DNA of 64,000 nucleotides from Yuukianura sp. NJ FZ-2021 (Eukaryota): NCBI GenBank assembly GCA_046563655.1, contig CM102285.1, positions 4,464,001 to 4,528,000 of the forward strand, read 5' to 3'. Shown piece by piece: positions 1 to 12,499 of this stretch (position 1 is its first letter; each line of letters starts with the position of its first letter). The notes under the pieces were generated by a model. It saw only the letters and a program-made list of their open reading frames with translations, ran no database searches and was not told where the DNA came from. The position numbers and the translations under genes were made by a program.

Positions 1-2268
1 CTCTGGTAGTAAGTTCTTTCCAGGTTTCCGTTTTTGATTTTCTTTAAAAAGTAATAAAATTACACAATCTGCACCTTTCATTAAGAAAGGCAAATATTTA
101 TCACCTTCAGTGGGGAGCATGTGTTTCCTGTACTTCTTTTCAGTTAATTTTCTGATATCAATTGACTCTGCTCTTTTCAAATAAAAATCTTTATCCAACT
201 CATAATTTTTAACATACAATTGGGTTACTCCAGGAGTATCTGTTGGTCCTTCGCAGCATACGGCGATTTGGTACAAATCTCCGGTTCTGTGACACAAAAT
301 ATCATGTACGACGACACTATTGGAATCAAAAGATATTGGAGGAATTTGACCGAATGAACAATTTGAAAAGTTAACCCCTTGAAGTTTGCAACTTTGGAAC
401 CACCCCTGATTCAATTCTGCATCTTTAAAATTTGCTCCACTAAAATCACTATTTCCACAAATCGAATTTCTAAAATTTGCTCCAGGAACTTGAATATTTT
501 GAAAATTATCCTCTTCAGTCCATTGCCCAGAAAAACTATAACCACTTAAATTGAGTATTGTCAAAGCATTGGAAGCCATTAGCTGTATTCCAGGAAGAGT
601 AGCTGACTTCCTAACAGTTCTTAATAGTAGATTTCGGAATTTTACATCCGTTTTAGCTCTACCCACAAGCATAGACAACGTACCGTGGAATTCTTGGTCG
701 TTGACATTTCTTTGATTAATTGGAAAATAGACTCCATCCCTTCGTCTATTCCAATTGGAATAGTAGTTCAGAGCACTACGGAATTTTATGAAAACTTCTC
801 TGCTCAAAAAATATTCAAACAGAGATAAATGGAGGAAACTGAAGACTTCACGATTTGAGTTAAAACGCAAAGGAGAAGAATCTCTCAGAAACAACAGATT
901 TTCAAGTCGAGTTTCATCAGTATCCCGATCATTCTGAGGAAATAGCATTTCCTCTAAAGCTCTGTTTCTGAAAAAATTTTTACAATTGGGACTCCAAGGA
1001 ACCCACAAATTCCAATACACGGATTCACATGCTGAAATTTCACCGTTAGATACCACCCCTCCTTTGAGAAGAGCACAACGCATTGCTAAATTCTGCGAGT
1101 AACCAACCATATATTGACAAAGAACACTTCTATTTTTATAAAGGAGTTCATCATGTCCACTTTCGCGCATTCTATCAACTTGGTAATTGAACCACGCTTC
1201 CGTAAATTTATCATACAAAAGAACCTCTGTTCTACAAATTTCTTCCAACTTTTGTGTAAACTCTTCAGATACATTTTCTTTACTACTATTAGAGACAAGT
1301 TTTTCAGCTTCTATTAACTTTGGCAGCAACTGACAAAGTATAGTCAAAAGAAAAACATTCTGTGCCAATCCTTGTAATTCTGGAAGCCTGTCTAGAAACC
1401 AGTACTTGTATTCTGAATCATCTGCAGTTATTTCCCACTGGAGATGGTCCTTAGTAGTTGATTTTGTCATCATCCATGGGTCATTGACCGTTGAATCATA
1501 CTGAATGTTCTGTAGAAATAGTGGTACCTGACAAATATACTCATTAACAACATCTCGCTCTAGCGGCAAAATAGCATAACTACGTCGACGTTTTCTCTTA
1601 TCAACACCAAATATTTTTGAGATATGGATTCCGGCAGCTACATTTGTTCGGCAAAAAGTAATAGTTCGAACATCTTTAAATTCCTTACTGTCCCATTTGT
1701 TATCTTCCCACAAGTTCGACTTGACATTGAGCTCATCATATCCATCCAAAATTAAGACTAGCTCGTGTGAGCAGAGATGCAGGTACAATTTCTTAAGTTG
1801 ATCATCCTGAATTTCAGTTGGAAAGTATTTTCTGTGTTCCATAATGTAACTAAACAAGATATCCGATCTGAAACTACATGATGCTCGAGATTTCTGTCTT
1901 TCGATCATTTCCGCAACTCGGTTTAACGGAACGTACATAGGAATTTTGTGTTGAATCTCTGGTGCTGAAGAGTCGTACAACCTTTTAGTTAATTTTAGAG
2001 CCAACCATGATTTCCCAGTTCCAGAATCTCCAAAAATGAGTGTTGACACCGGACCGTTGCAGTCAGAAATGTCATTAAAAATCTGGTCTTCCAAGTCGAC
2101 AGATTTAAAATTACCATCGGCCTGAGCTTGTGTAGTTTTTAGCCGAATGTGTAGTCCATAAGCTTCATCGTTAAAAACTGCTCCCTCAGAAGTAAATTCT
2201 GCTGAGTAGTATTCACTTTCAAATATTTCCTTGAATGTCGTCTTCCATGGGAATGAGAAATTCCACTC
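1..2268 (-). CDS. NACHT NTPase + pentapeptide-repeat protein (NLR-like); large internal exon, 3' end outside the window
   Basis: Manual translation of most of this minus-strand frame found no stop from the AG acceptor at 2270-2269 to position 1. Motifs seen: Walker A LIFGDSGTGKS (~2040-2008), Walker B LVLILDGYDE (~1762-1733), LPELQGLAQNVFLL, FLRDSSPLR, FLHLSLFEYF and ASNALTILNLSG, followed by pentapeptides (GANFR/NSICG/NSDFS/GANFK/DAELN). It is probably missing from the ORF track because no stop falls inside the window. The upstream exon(s) are unresolved; there is a candidate ATG near 2884. Confidence 0.9.
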
Positions 2269-4475
2269 CTATGTCAAAGAAATTCAAGGTTAAAAGTTTA
2301 ACGATCAACTTTGAAAACATTAAAACTTAAAAATGGAAAAACTAAAAGTGAAATGGTCAAGGTGCGAAAAGGTGAAAAAGTGAGGATATACTATCAAAAG
2401 TGAAAAGGCTAACGACTGATCGTTTCGCAAAGATTCAACTGTGAAATGCATTTGTATTGTATGAAAGCAGTTAAAGCAAATGGTTGGGTTAGATTTAGTC
2501 ATCCATACTAAGTTTTGCCCAATTTTTTTGATAGTTTCTTTTTGTTTAAACAAGGCTAGTAGGTCTTTTTTGTTTTCATATTTCCTATTTTACCTTTTTA
2601 CTTTTTGATGTTGCAACTGTTTTTGTCTTTTTGTATTCATTATCACTTCACGTTTTCATATTTTTTATTTTTATTTTTTTTTTTTTTGAAAATGTTTTGA
2701 GCTTTTTATATTTTCAGCATTTGGCTTTTGACTAAATCATTTTGACCAAATTACGTGGAGTACTTACGGTATTCTGGGAGTGAAAGTTTTTTCACATAAT
2801 TTTTTGTTCAATTTTTACGTAATTATTATTCTCCCTAAATAATAAATAATTCCTCACCAAACACTCAGCGTTTACGGCAGCCATTTTGCTTCATGTGATA
2901 TTATATTTTACAAAATAACTTAAAAAAGACTTTCTCAATTGTAGATTATAAATGTTAAGTTGAGAACACTGAAAACGGATCGTTGTTGCTTGCAGAAGAT
3001 GCCAACACTAATAGCGTGACTTTGAATAGTTTTTGGCTCTTATGCATAGGGCGGGCAAGCTTTATCTATCAATTAAAAGATAAACCGAAGTCAAGTGTCT
3101 TTGAAACTGCAACACGTCTGCTTCTAGACAAGGCTGTGCGGATTTATTTTTAAATTAGATCTCACTAGTATTTGAGTAGCAAAAAATAACATGTTGAACC
3201 AAGCCGAAGCTGCGGTCTATGCTCACGGTGCTTTCTATTGAAACGAAAAGGTTATTTTTCTGTTTCTAAACAAGTTGAAAATATCAACCATTATGGGGTC
3301 TCCCAGATCAATTGTTGCTGCCTTTCTCCATCCTCCAGTTCTCTGTGTTCGCGATTAAATACAACAGTACATATTTGCACCAAATTAAGCTTGCCACTGG
3401 AAATCGGTTTTGTAAATTTAACTGTAAACTAAAAACTAGGCTAAGATCCAGTTTTAGGCATGTGCTCGTTGCATTACGATATGCAATGGAAAGCGGCCAT
3501 GAATATGAAAAATTTTGGCAAACCTAGTTTTGCTTTTCCGTTTACAAAACGTCATACCTTGGAGAAACTTTTCTTTATTGTCTTCTAGACATGCGCGTTT
3601 TGGATTGTTGAATAGTTTAATTTGTTGTTTTTGTGACAAATTTTTTGCGGATCAAAATATGTGTACTTAACACATAAAATTAGGTTTCCATCAACGTACT
3701 GCTTTAATTTTTAAACTTTAAATTTTTAAATTTATTTTGTTTTCCGTGCCAGCAAAGCACAGTTTGGTTATTTTTTTTCACTAAACCCTATAATCTTCAA
3801 TAACCTATTTTAACGTACGAATATTGCTGTGGCTTTATTTTGAAAAGCATCGCTACAATCGAGACACGACTTCGCAGGACCTGCATTCGAGATGCGTATT
3901 TAGGTTTTACGTGGACGTTACTTATTTACACAAAGGATGCACTGTTCATAGGTTCTTGCAAAAGCACGCTTACAATAAACCGTGCCACCGTTCTACTTCT
4001 TATGATTTCAAAGGGATACATGTATACACTGCCGCTGAAACTTACTCAACAGGAACTGTTATTTACTGTTGAATATCTGAAAACACAGAATATAGACACC
4101 ATTTTTAGAATTTGTCAGGCCGAGCAATAAGTATCTTTGGTTTTAATCTCAAAACGGGCAAGGAATTGTCACATTTATTTCACACATGAAACTTTACCGC
4201 ACATTGGTTATAAATCAGTATTCCCCAAACGGATTGTTAATTACGTGAATAATTATAGTCTGTTTAAATATGTACTAAAGCTGAACCAATTACTTTAAAT
4301 TCAAATCGTTTCTGTTGAATATAGAATGCTGTATTTTATATATGACCTCACTTGTGTCATCTAATTTTATGAAGGTTCGGTAACTGTTAAGTTTTTTTTT
4401 CATTTTCTAATAAACTTGGTAGATTAATATTAGTCGACCAATTGTTAATAAAATATAAATTGCATATCTCAGTAG

Positions 4476-4558
4476 CCAATCAGCCTCCTTCTTTATTGGC
4501 AATGCCGTGTTGTTCCAAATTTCGTCTCCGGCATTACTATTTAATGCGAGTATAAAAG
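4476..4558 (+). promoter_or_regulatory. Putative P450 core promoter (CCAAT boxes + TATA)
   Basis: AGCCAATCA (CCAAT at 4476), inverted ATTGG at ~4495 and TATAAAAG at 4551, about 90 nt before the inferred ATG at 4644. Confidence 0.45.
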
Positions 4559-4643
4559 AGACGTTTTACGGAATTTGAAAAAAGCATGAAAACACTCTCT
4601 TTCTGTCCGTAAAGTGAAGTAGTGTAAAATTATCAAGTCACAA

Positions 4644-6262
4644 ATGGAAAACGCTGCTATCTTCGACAGCTTTCCATTGTGGTAAATAATAGTATAAAAA
4701 AAAATGTTTTAATAGGGATTTCCAGCGCCGCGCGGTCTACTATTTATATTACTTTTCCCCATTTTAAATTCGGTTTTATTTTTTTTTACAGGTTTACTGA
4801 GATTTTGTTTCTCACATTCGCATTCTTGACATTTCTCATGTTTCAAACCATTCGATTGCAACGAAAACAAGCCATCACAAGTTCAAGGCAGCCAGGATTG
4901 TTAACTGTTCCTGTTGTACCTTCCTTCATCCCGTTCATTGGTCATTTACGACAAATGACCTTTAATCCCAATTCCTTCATTCTGTCTTGCTACAAGCGCT
5001 ACGGGAAAATATTTACCATAAAATTTGGCCTCCACAAAATGACAGTTTTGTGTGACCGAGGACTAATTAACGAGTATTTTCGTGCTGACGAAACAAAACT
5101 TTCCTTTTACAAATACATCGAAGATGCTGGCCTTAGTCGTGCCTTTTCAGATAAGTTCAACTTAACTGCGCATAACAGCTTACTAATCAAGAAAGTGTTT
5201 GTTTCGCGCATGTCTGAATTTTTGGAAACTATTAATAACGAATTAGAAATGTCAATGGATGATTTGAGTCAACAAATAGAGAAAAGCGGTAGCCATGTTC
5301 TTGATATCCACAATGTAATGCGCAGTACCTATGAAAAAGCACTTTTCAAATCAGTTTTTGCTTTTGACATGACATCAGAAATTTCCCAGACGTATGAAAG
5401 GTTTTGCCGCTGGATGTTTAAAACAATGCACGTGATTTGGTTTTTACCTAAAATGCTTGTTGACTTAACGTTTCTGCGGGTTGCTAGGTACTACCGCAAA
5501 AAGTACCTTAAACTACTATTACCCCAAGTACGCATGTACTTTGAGGATGAATGCAAGCAGGATTCCATCTTGATTCGAACAGCAGTCGATACTCCAATCC
5601 AGGACGCCGAAGGCAACATTGGAAAACCATCGGAAGAAACGGTTTGCGAAATCCTGTTAGCACTCAACTTCCTCCAACTTTTTTCACCAATGTCATCGGC
5701 CTCTCAAATTTTAAAAGAACTTTCTCTCCGACGGAATATTTGGCGCCAATTGCAAGAGGAACTTACTTCAGCAAGTATACAAGACATACTGCGCAGCAAG
5801 CTGTTACAGGCATGTATCATAGAAGGTCTGCGCTTAAATAGCAATGGAATTCAGAGTGCTCGTAGACCTCAAGGACAATCTGTTGTTGGTTCGTACTACG
5901 TAGGAGACGCTGACATTGTGGCTGTCCCTGGGGCACTCATTTTCGAAACTGAACTAGGAGGAGATGTGTTTGCGCATGCGGATCAGTATATTCCAGAACG
6001 GTTTTTGCGTGAAGAAAATCCTGAACCAATGGATTCCAAATCCATTTGGATTTGGGGGGCAGGAGTGCATATGTGTCCGGGCAGAAACGTGTCGCTGAAC
6101 ACAATGAAAATATTTGTGAAGCATTTTCTAACTAAGTTTAACGCAGGAGTAGTTTACACTTCAGCAAAGGATCAGTCGGGGTTCAAAAGTGTGGCGGGAC
6201 AAAAAATGATGTTTAGCATAACTCCAATTAAACGTCATGTTCAGAATAAAAGGCGAACATAG
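4644..6262 (+). CDS. Cytochrome P450, CYP51/CYP7-like N-terminus, atypical I-helix; 2 exons (4644-4681, 4792-6262)
   Basis: N-terminal TM anchor, Pro-rich VPSFIPFIGH, YGKIFTIKF, ExxR (EGLR), PERF and heme motif WGAGVHMCPG. A GT..AG intron at 4682-4791 joins MENAAIFDSFPLW to FTEILF in frame. AATAAA lies at ~6284. Confidence 0.92.
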
Positions 6263-6754
6263 TTGTTGTAATTCAACTGGTACAATAAAGAGAATTAGCT
6301 CAATCGTAGCTCCAATGGTTTTTTGTTGCTGTAAAAAATTATTAAGCCTCGTCAGATACTTATAGGGGTCGTCTTGTCCGTGTCAACGAAACGCACCATT
6401 TACCAAAGCATCGAAAAGTGCGTCTTATTAAAAATTAATTAATTAATTATATTATTTAATTTATTATATTATATTATTTAATTTATTAATTTAATTAATT
6501 AATAAGTAAATTAATTTAAAAAAAAAATTATAGTATATTACGGCAGAAAACTAAAATATCACTGATTTATTTACATTTTCCTGGATTCCAAGACTTTTAA
6601 GATTGGTTTAGGTTTTGTTTGATCATGCTTGTAACGGAATTAACAAGGTTTTTCGATTGAGCAAATGTAATTTTGTTCAGTAATTCAAATAACCCTGGGA
6701 AGTATTTTGCTAAGCAGTGTTAAGTCCATAGTTAGAAGATGCCGTGGGCTGGGT

Positions 6755-7807
6755 TCATTTCCTTGAGAATGTTTTTGACTGAAGTGTCTCTCGGTCGGGG
6801 TGTACGATTGAGTCCAGATTAGTCAAGAATGTATTTAGTGTCTCCTTGTATTCGTCCGGATGTCGCTGCATGTGTCCAACGTGAGGAGTATTGGTCCAAA
6901 TCTTGTGGGTAACTGAAATGTTGCTGTTGGTTTTCCAAGTGTCACTAATGGCGTTGATGATGTTCATGGGCGATATGGGATCATTGTCAGAGTTGAGGAA
7001 TAATGCCGGAGATTTGATGGGGTAGTTGTAGAAATGCTTCATGCCGGTGTGGTAGTGCTTCGTTGAAATAGTTCCAATGGCTTTCACGTGAAAGTCAATA
7101 TACTCTTGGAGTAGTTTCTGCGGAAGTAGAGAATTTGGAAAGACTGCTTTAGACACACCAATTGGGATTTTCTGCACATCTGTAAACAACAGACAGTATT
7201 ATTGTTACTAGAAATTGACTTAAGTTTTCTCTTGCAACTTCTGTAGAAATCTACAACTAATTGTTTTATCGTAATTAAATAGATTCCTACCACTAGCAGA
7301 ATCCCATATTTGAGCCACAATTTTTGTCAATATAGGTCCATACTCGGACGGATTCTCTTCAGCTACTCGTAGCATCTGCCCAAAAACATAAGCTCCTATG
7401 GAGAATCCATGTACAATGGATCGTGGATGGTTACTTTTGCGCAGAAGTGGCATCAACTCAGTCTCTACCATTCGATTGGTCTTGACAGGAAGTAGGAGTT
7501 GCGTGAGGCTGATACGAACCGTCAGTACATCATAGCCTTTGTCCAAGTAGTATGAGGCGTATTTGTTGACAGCTCCTGTCTTGGCCATCAACCAGCAAAG
7601 GAGAATGGACAGAGGGCGCTCTGTTGGTTGTTCCCATAAACCCAGCTTGGAAATGGAGCCACTTTGTGCTGGCTCTCTTTTGCTAAAATACGCGATGGTT
7701 GGGGTAAACTGTTTCGTAGTTAGTGTTCGGCATTGTAGTTCCAGTTGAAGATTGTGGAGTTGCATAGTTCGATTCTGGAGGCATTTCGCCAGCGTGTACA
7801 CCGCCAT
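6755..7807 (-). CDS. TMEM53/DUF829 alpha/beta-hydrolase-like protein, copy 1 (exons 7807-7291, 7179-6755); probable 1-nt frameshift near the C-terminus
   Basis: Motifs LLCWLMAK, HGFSIGAY, QIWDS, LFLNSDND and PHVGHMQRHPDEY; GT-AG intron at 7290-7180. Confidence 0.85.
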
Positions 7808-7856
7808 TTTTCTATATTTACTAAATTAGTAAAACAACAGTGTTAAGAAGGAAATC

Positions 7857-8100
7857 CAAGATTGCTACAGCAACCATTTATACAAATGGCGTAACAGGTT
7901 ATGTCATAACTACGGTTTAAGAAATATTGTTTGTTTTGAATTTTTTCTGCGATTCGTTGCCTCTCGCCATCTGAATCAAATGTGATTCGTATGAAATTCG
8001 TACCAAAGTTGTTTTTTCTTGTTTTTTTTTTTTTTCAAATCGGAGGTATGACATAACCTTCTACGCCAGTTTAGTACAAATGGTCGCTATAGCAATCTTG
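7857..8100. mobile_element. MITE with 9-bp TSD (Mutator-like)
   Basis: TIRs CAAGATTGCTAC(T)AGC.../...GCTATAGCAATCTTG, flanked on both sides by AAGGAAATC (7848-7856, 8101-8109). It is absent from the paralogous region near 21330. Confidence 0.85.
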
Positions 8101-8489
8101 AAGGAAATCTATTACCATTCCCAGTTCTCGTTGAACCATTTTGTACAAAAATGAAGGCCTTATAAGTTGTATAATTTTTAATATGTATTATAAAAATTAT
8201 ATTATTATTATTAAATAAATATATGCTCATAATTATATGCTTATAATTTTATAATTATAAGCATATTTACATGAGTCTTGTTAATAAAATTTTCTAGGAA
8301 AAAATAGCAGTATCTTTAGCGAAAACCCATGTTGGAACTTAAAAATATGCAAGCAAACCAGAATAAAAATTTCGTATCAAATCCCGCTGAAAATTAATAT
8401 GAGATATGAAAGTAATTTCGCTTACGTCATTGTACCTTCGGGTGTTAATCAAGGTAACCTTTCTGAGGCTGGAAAGGAAATGCCACTAA

Positions 8490-9286
8490 CCCTTAGTTTC
8501 CATTACTCGGGTAGAAGTTACTCGGGTACTACCCGAGTAAAAATTACCCGCGTTCCAATGACATTTAGGAAGCGAGTAAGATATGAATTTTGCGCACTTT
8601 TTCACACGTGATCAACAAACTTCCAAATTTACTCGTTCTATTTTCTCGTTGAGACTGGAGAAGCACAGCTGAGATTTTAAACACAATTACTACAACAAGT
8701 ACTTTTTGCACTTAACAACCTTAATAATTGTATCCATTGCTTTCAGTTAGCATATTATTGCATACTGCTGATTAATGTATTACTTTGAACGATTAATCAG
8801 ACCAATACGTCTGTTTAGCACTTAATTAACCGACTTTGTGCGTGTACATTAGTGTAAGTGCTGGTTAATGATTAATCACTGCTGATTGTCCTTGAAATAT
8901 ACTATATTGAACAAATTAATCACAAGCAGCAGACACAAAGCAAACGTCAAAACTTTAGTCAAAATTTTAGGAAGTCAGAAAATGTTTAAATCCAATTTTC
9001 ACAATGAGAACAATAAAAAAATAATAACAATTTCAAATTGTCTCAAGTTTGAAACACCAGTCACGTGAGAAATTGTGCGCGAAATTCAAAATCTAACTCG
9101 CAACCGCGTTTACATTACTCGACTTGTTCTACCCGGATAAGATCTTACCCTCTTATCCGGGTAAGAAAGTGAGTTACTCTCTTTCTACTCGAGTAATGGA
9201 AACGCGATTGAGTAGGGGTTACCCTACCCATTTCCATTACTCATTTGGGAGAGTTACTCTCTTATCCGAGTAATGGAAACTAGGCC
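8490..9286. mobile_element. PIF/Harbinger-like MITE
   Basis: TIR (G/C)(G/C)C(C/T)TAGTTTCCATTACTCGG at both ends with TAA flanks and internal TTACTCG sub-repeats. It is absent from the paralogous region at ~21645. Confidence 0.75.
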
Positions 9287-9338
9287 TAAGAATTCTTTCT
9301 AACAGCTGATTAAAAAGATCTCAGTCTAATTCAGTAAA

Positions 9339-9961
9339 GTCATCTCCACACTTCCAATCTTCTTGGCAGCGATATCGGTGCACATCTAAATCGGCAGAAA
9401 GATTGGTGGTGTGGGATACAAATTCTCATGCCACCAATATCGGTGCAGGCCTTGCGCCGATATTGCTGCTGCACTTTTCTAGATTCGAAAATCAAATCCA
9501 AAACAGTGCAGCAGAATTATTGCCGGTCCAGGATTGGAGGATTCATCGAGAGGGGGAGTGGCTTCCTATCCTTGCCGCTAAAAGTCTCACAATGACTGCA
9601 GATTCTCACTTGAATTGTACTACACTTAACCTCATTAGTGGTCATGAATTAGTTAATAATTAATTAATTAATTACTTAATTGATAACGAACTTAATTAGT
9701 CAACGTAATTAATTGATTCACTTAAGTTATTCATGAACAACTGAATGAAGAGTGAATAGTGTGGCACAACTTTATCAGAATCAGAATGTAAACAAAAAAA
9801 AAAGTTTTGTAAACAGCAAATTCCCGCCCTTCGATTTGCCTGAAAATTGACAGTGCTTAAAATTGGTAATGGGGACGCGTTTACAATTTCGATGACATCA
9901 GAATCGGGCAATGATTCTGGCACTAGAATTGCTGCTAGATAATTGGTAGTGTGGATACGCC
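9339..9961. mobile_element. Harbinger-like MITE (degenerate TIRs)
   Basis: The left end GTCATCTCCACACTTCCAAT matches the reverse complement of the right end (GGCGTATCCACACTACCAAT). It is absent from the paralog near 21700. Confidence 0.6.
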
Positions 9962-10788
9962 TTAACTGAAGTCTTTAGAGGTTAAATGGACGCGTAAACT
10001 TGTTCTTTCTTGTGATTCGCACAGTTCCATGTGATTTGGTCAGAAAATGAAAAGATCGGTTGGATTATACCCATATGTGCGCATGTTAAAAGCTTGGAAC
10101 CTGGCCACGCCTCCCAAATTTTCAAATTTCCCACGCCCCCTGTAGGGTTAAAATTAGTTTTTGTCATTTCGGTCGACTGAAAGGGTTTGGATCGAAATGT
10201 CCAAAAGACGTTTTCGGGCGGACGACCGGAATGTCCATTGACTGAAACTGGGAACACTGGTTGGAAGCCTGTGAAATAAAAATTTCATTCGTTAACCGTA
10301 AGCTTAAAGCACTCCTCAATGGCTTCAATCCATCCATTTTATGGACTAGCCATACCCATAACACACTTTTCTTTTGAGATAATTGTGGCGAATAACGCAG
10401 GGTTCAATAACTTACGGCATTATCACATTATACATAAACATACTATACAAATTGGAATACTTTATTAAGTGTCTATAATAAACCCAGAGTTTTAACTGCT
10501 GGGATGAGTTATTTTAGCTACAAACTGAAATTCTTTATTTCGAAATACCCTATTAAGGACGTGTGTTATGCGTCTAATAAACAATAATCGTTAAATTTAG
10601 TAACCACGATAACCGAGCTTGTGCAGTTAGTAAATGATGCAGACATCGACAAAAAGAAACACGATCGTGAGTGGTGAAAAAGGATCAGTGCAAAGATGAT
10701 CAAAAAAAGTATGCACTTTCAAACAAACAAAATACTGACACAAGTTCGGTTGCCGTCGTCTGGGTTTCGTCAACAATTTTTCTGAGGC

Positions 10789-11100
10789 TGCGACATTGAA
10801 ATTGAAAAACGGTCTGGGTCAGCGTAGGAATGTCGTACAATGACCCACAATATATCAAACTTTAGGAAAAGACTTGATCTAGTTTCTCGCTAAAAAAAAA
10901 TTACAAAATTTTAGTTGTAACTGTAAAAAAAATGGACCCAAACATTCCACCTCCATATTTACATAGATGGAACTAAAACTTTGTAATTTTTTTTTAGCGA
11001 GAAACTAGATCAAGTCTTTTCCTAAAGTTTGATATATTGTGGGTCATTGTACGACATTTCTACGATGTCCCAGATCATTTTCCATTTCATGTGTTACAGC
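10789..11100. mobile_element. Foldback/MITE-like inverted repeat
   Basis: Near-perfect arms of ~95 bp (TGTCGTACAATGACCCACAATATATCAAACTTTAGGAAAAGACTTGATCTAG... and its reverse complement), with weaker outer extensions. Confidence 0.7.
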
Positions 11101-11789
11101 GGCATTTTGACCCCCAGTTTCCAGGGTGTCCGCACACCTTAAGCAGTTAAATTAGTTTATTAAATGATTATTTCATGAATTGTTTTGTGAAAATGCTTAT
11201 GCTCCTTGAGTGGTGGGTACAAACTTACATTAAACTACGTAAGTCACGAATATTACGTAAGTTTTACGAAAAATACGGCAATTTTCGAACCTTGAACAAA
11301 ACAATATACATAGCAATAAATGTATTGCATTATAAATAAACCGCTTGTAAACCGCGCATACTCAGTGTTGCTGGATATCCACTTTTTCGACATTTCATCC
11401 ACGGCTGGATATCCAGTGGAAGAAATGGACGAAATGGATGAATCCAAAGGGGCGGAGCTTTGCCCGCAGGGTATGCATAATTTGATAATAAAGATCGGGA
11501 AGAAATCAAAAACAAAACAAAAACAACCGGAAATTGTGGTAAAATAAGTTCTAATAACAACCCCAATTAAGTAAAAGCGGTTTAAATACTTAATTAAAGT
11601 GTTTCCTATTATTTAATTTAAATTTATTTGAAATTCGCGCTGAATTTTCAAACTCAGCTGATTTCTTCCATCCATCGTCCAGTAGGCCCCATTTCATCCA
11701 CTGGATATCCAGTGGAAGTGGCAATTAAGCCACTGGACGTTTAAGCATCCAGCAACACTGCGCATACTGATAATAGCTCAGAAATAAAG

Positions 11790-12310
11790 GGTTGCCCCCC
11801 AGGGGGTGGGGGTGTTCCCCCACTTTGCCGCCCCCCCCCCCGGGGGGAGTGGGGGTGTGTTCCCCCCACTTTGACGCCCCCCAGGGGTAGTGGGGGTGTT
11901 CCCCCACTTTTCCGCCCCCCAGGGGGAGTGGGTGTGTTGCCCCACTTTTCCGCCCGCCAGGGGGAGTGGTGGTTTTCCTCCACTTTTCCGCCCCCCCCCC
12001 CGGGGGAGCGGGGGTGTGCCCCCACTTTTTTGCTCCGCACCCCAGGGAGCCCGGGGGTGTGTTTCGCCACTTTGCCGCCCCTCCGGGGGGAGTGGGGTGT
12101 TCCCCCTCTTTTTCGCTCCGCACCCCAGGGAGCGCGGGGTAGATTCCCCGGGGAAGAGGGGGTGGGGTCCCCGGGGGAGAGGGCGTGGTTCCCCGGGGGA
12201 GAGAGGGTGGTTCCCCGGGGGGAGAAGGGGTGGTTCCCCGGGGGGAGAGGGGGTGGTTCCCCGGGGGGAGAGGGGGTGGTTAACCGGGGGAGAGGGGGTG
12301 TTTCCCCCAC
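11790..12310. repeat. GC-rich low-complexity minisatellite (CCCC/GGGG tracts)
   Basis: Degenerate ~40-bp units (CCCCCAGGGGGAGTGGGGGTGTTCCCCCACTTTT) followed by ~22-bp units (GGGTGGTTCCCCGGGGGGAGA). Confidence 0.85.
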
Positions 12311-12499
12311 TTCCTCAACGCCCATCGGGTGTCGCAGTGACTACAAACAAAGATGAGGAGAGGCGGGATCAGGATGAAGCAACAACAGAACGAATGAATA
12401 GGCGACTCTGGACACGTGTATATGTCAACTGCTTAATAGATTTTTTGCTAAGCAGAGAACCAAATCCCATGCCAAATGCCTGTCCAGTTCGACAAGCAG

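Noticed and set aside
3238..4130. Short ORFs between the NACHT and P450 genes
   Set aside because: No motifs or convincing splice structure; many begin at non-ATG codons.
4679..4791. N-terminal extension of the 527-aa P450 ORF
   Set aside because: It is read-through of a GT-AG intron; the spliced start at 4644 is more plausible.
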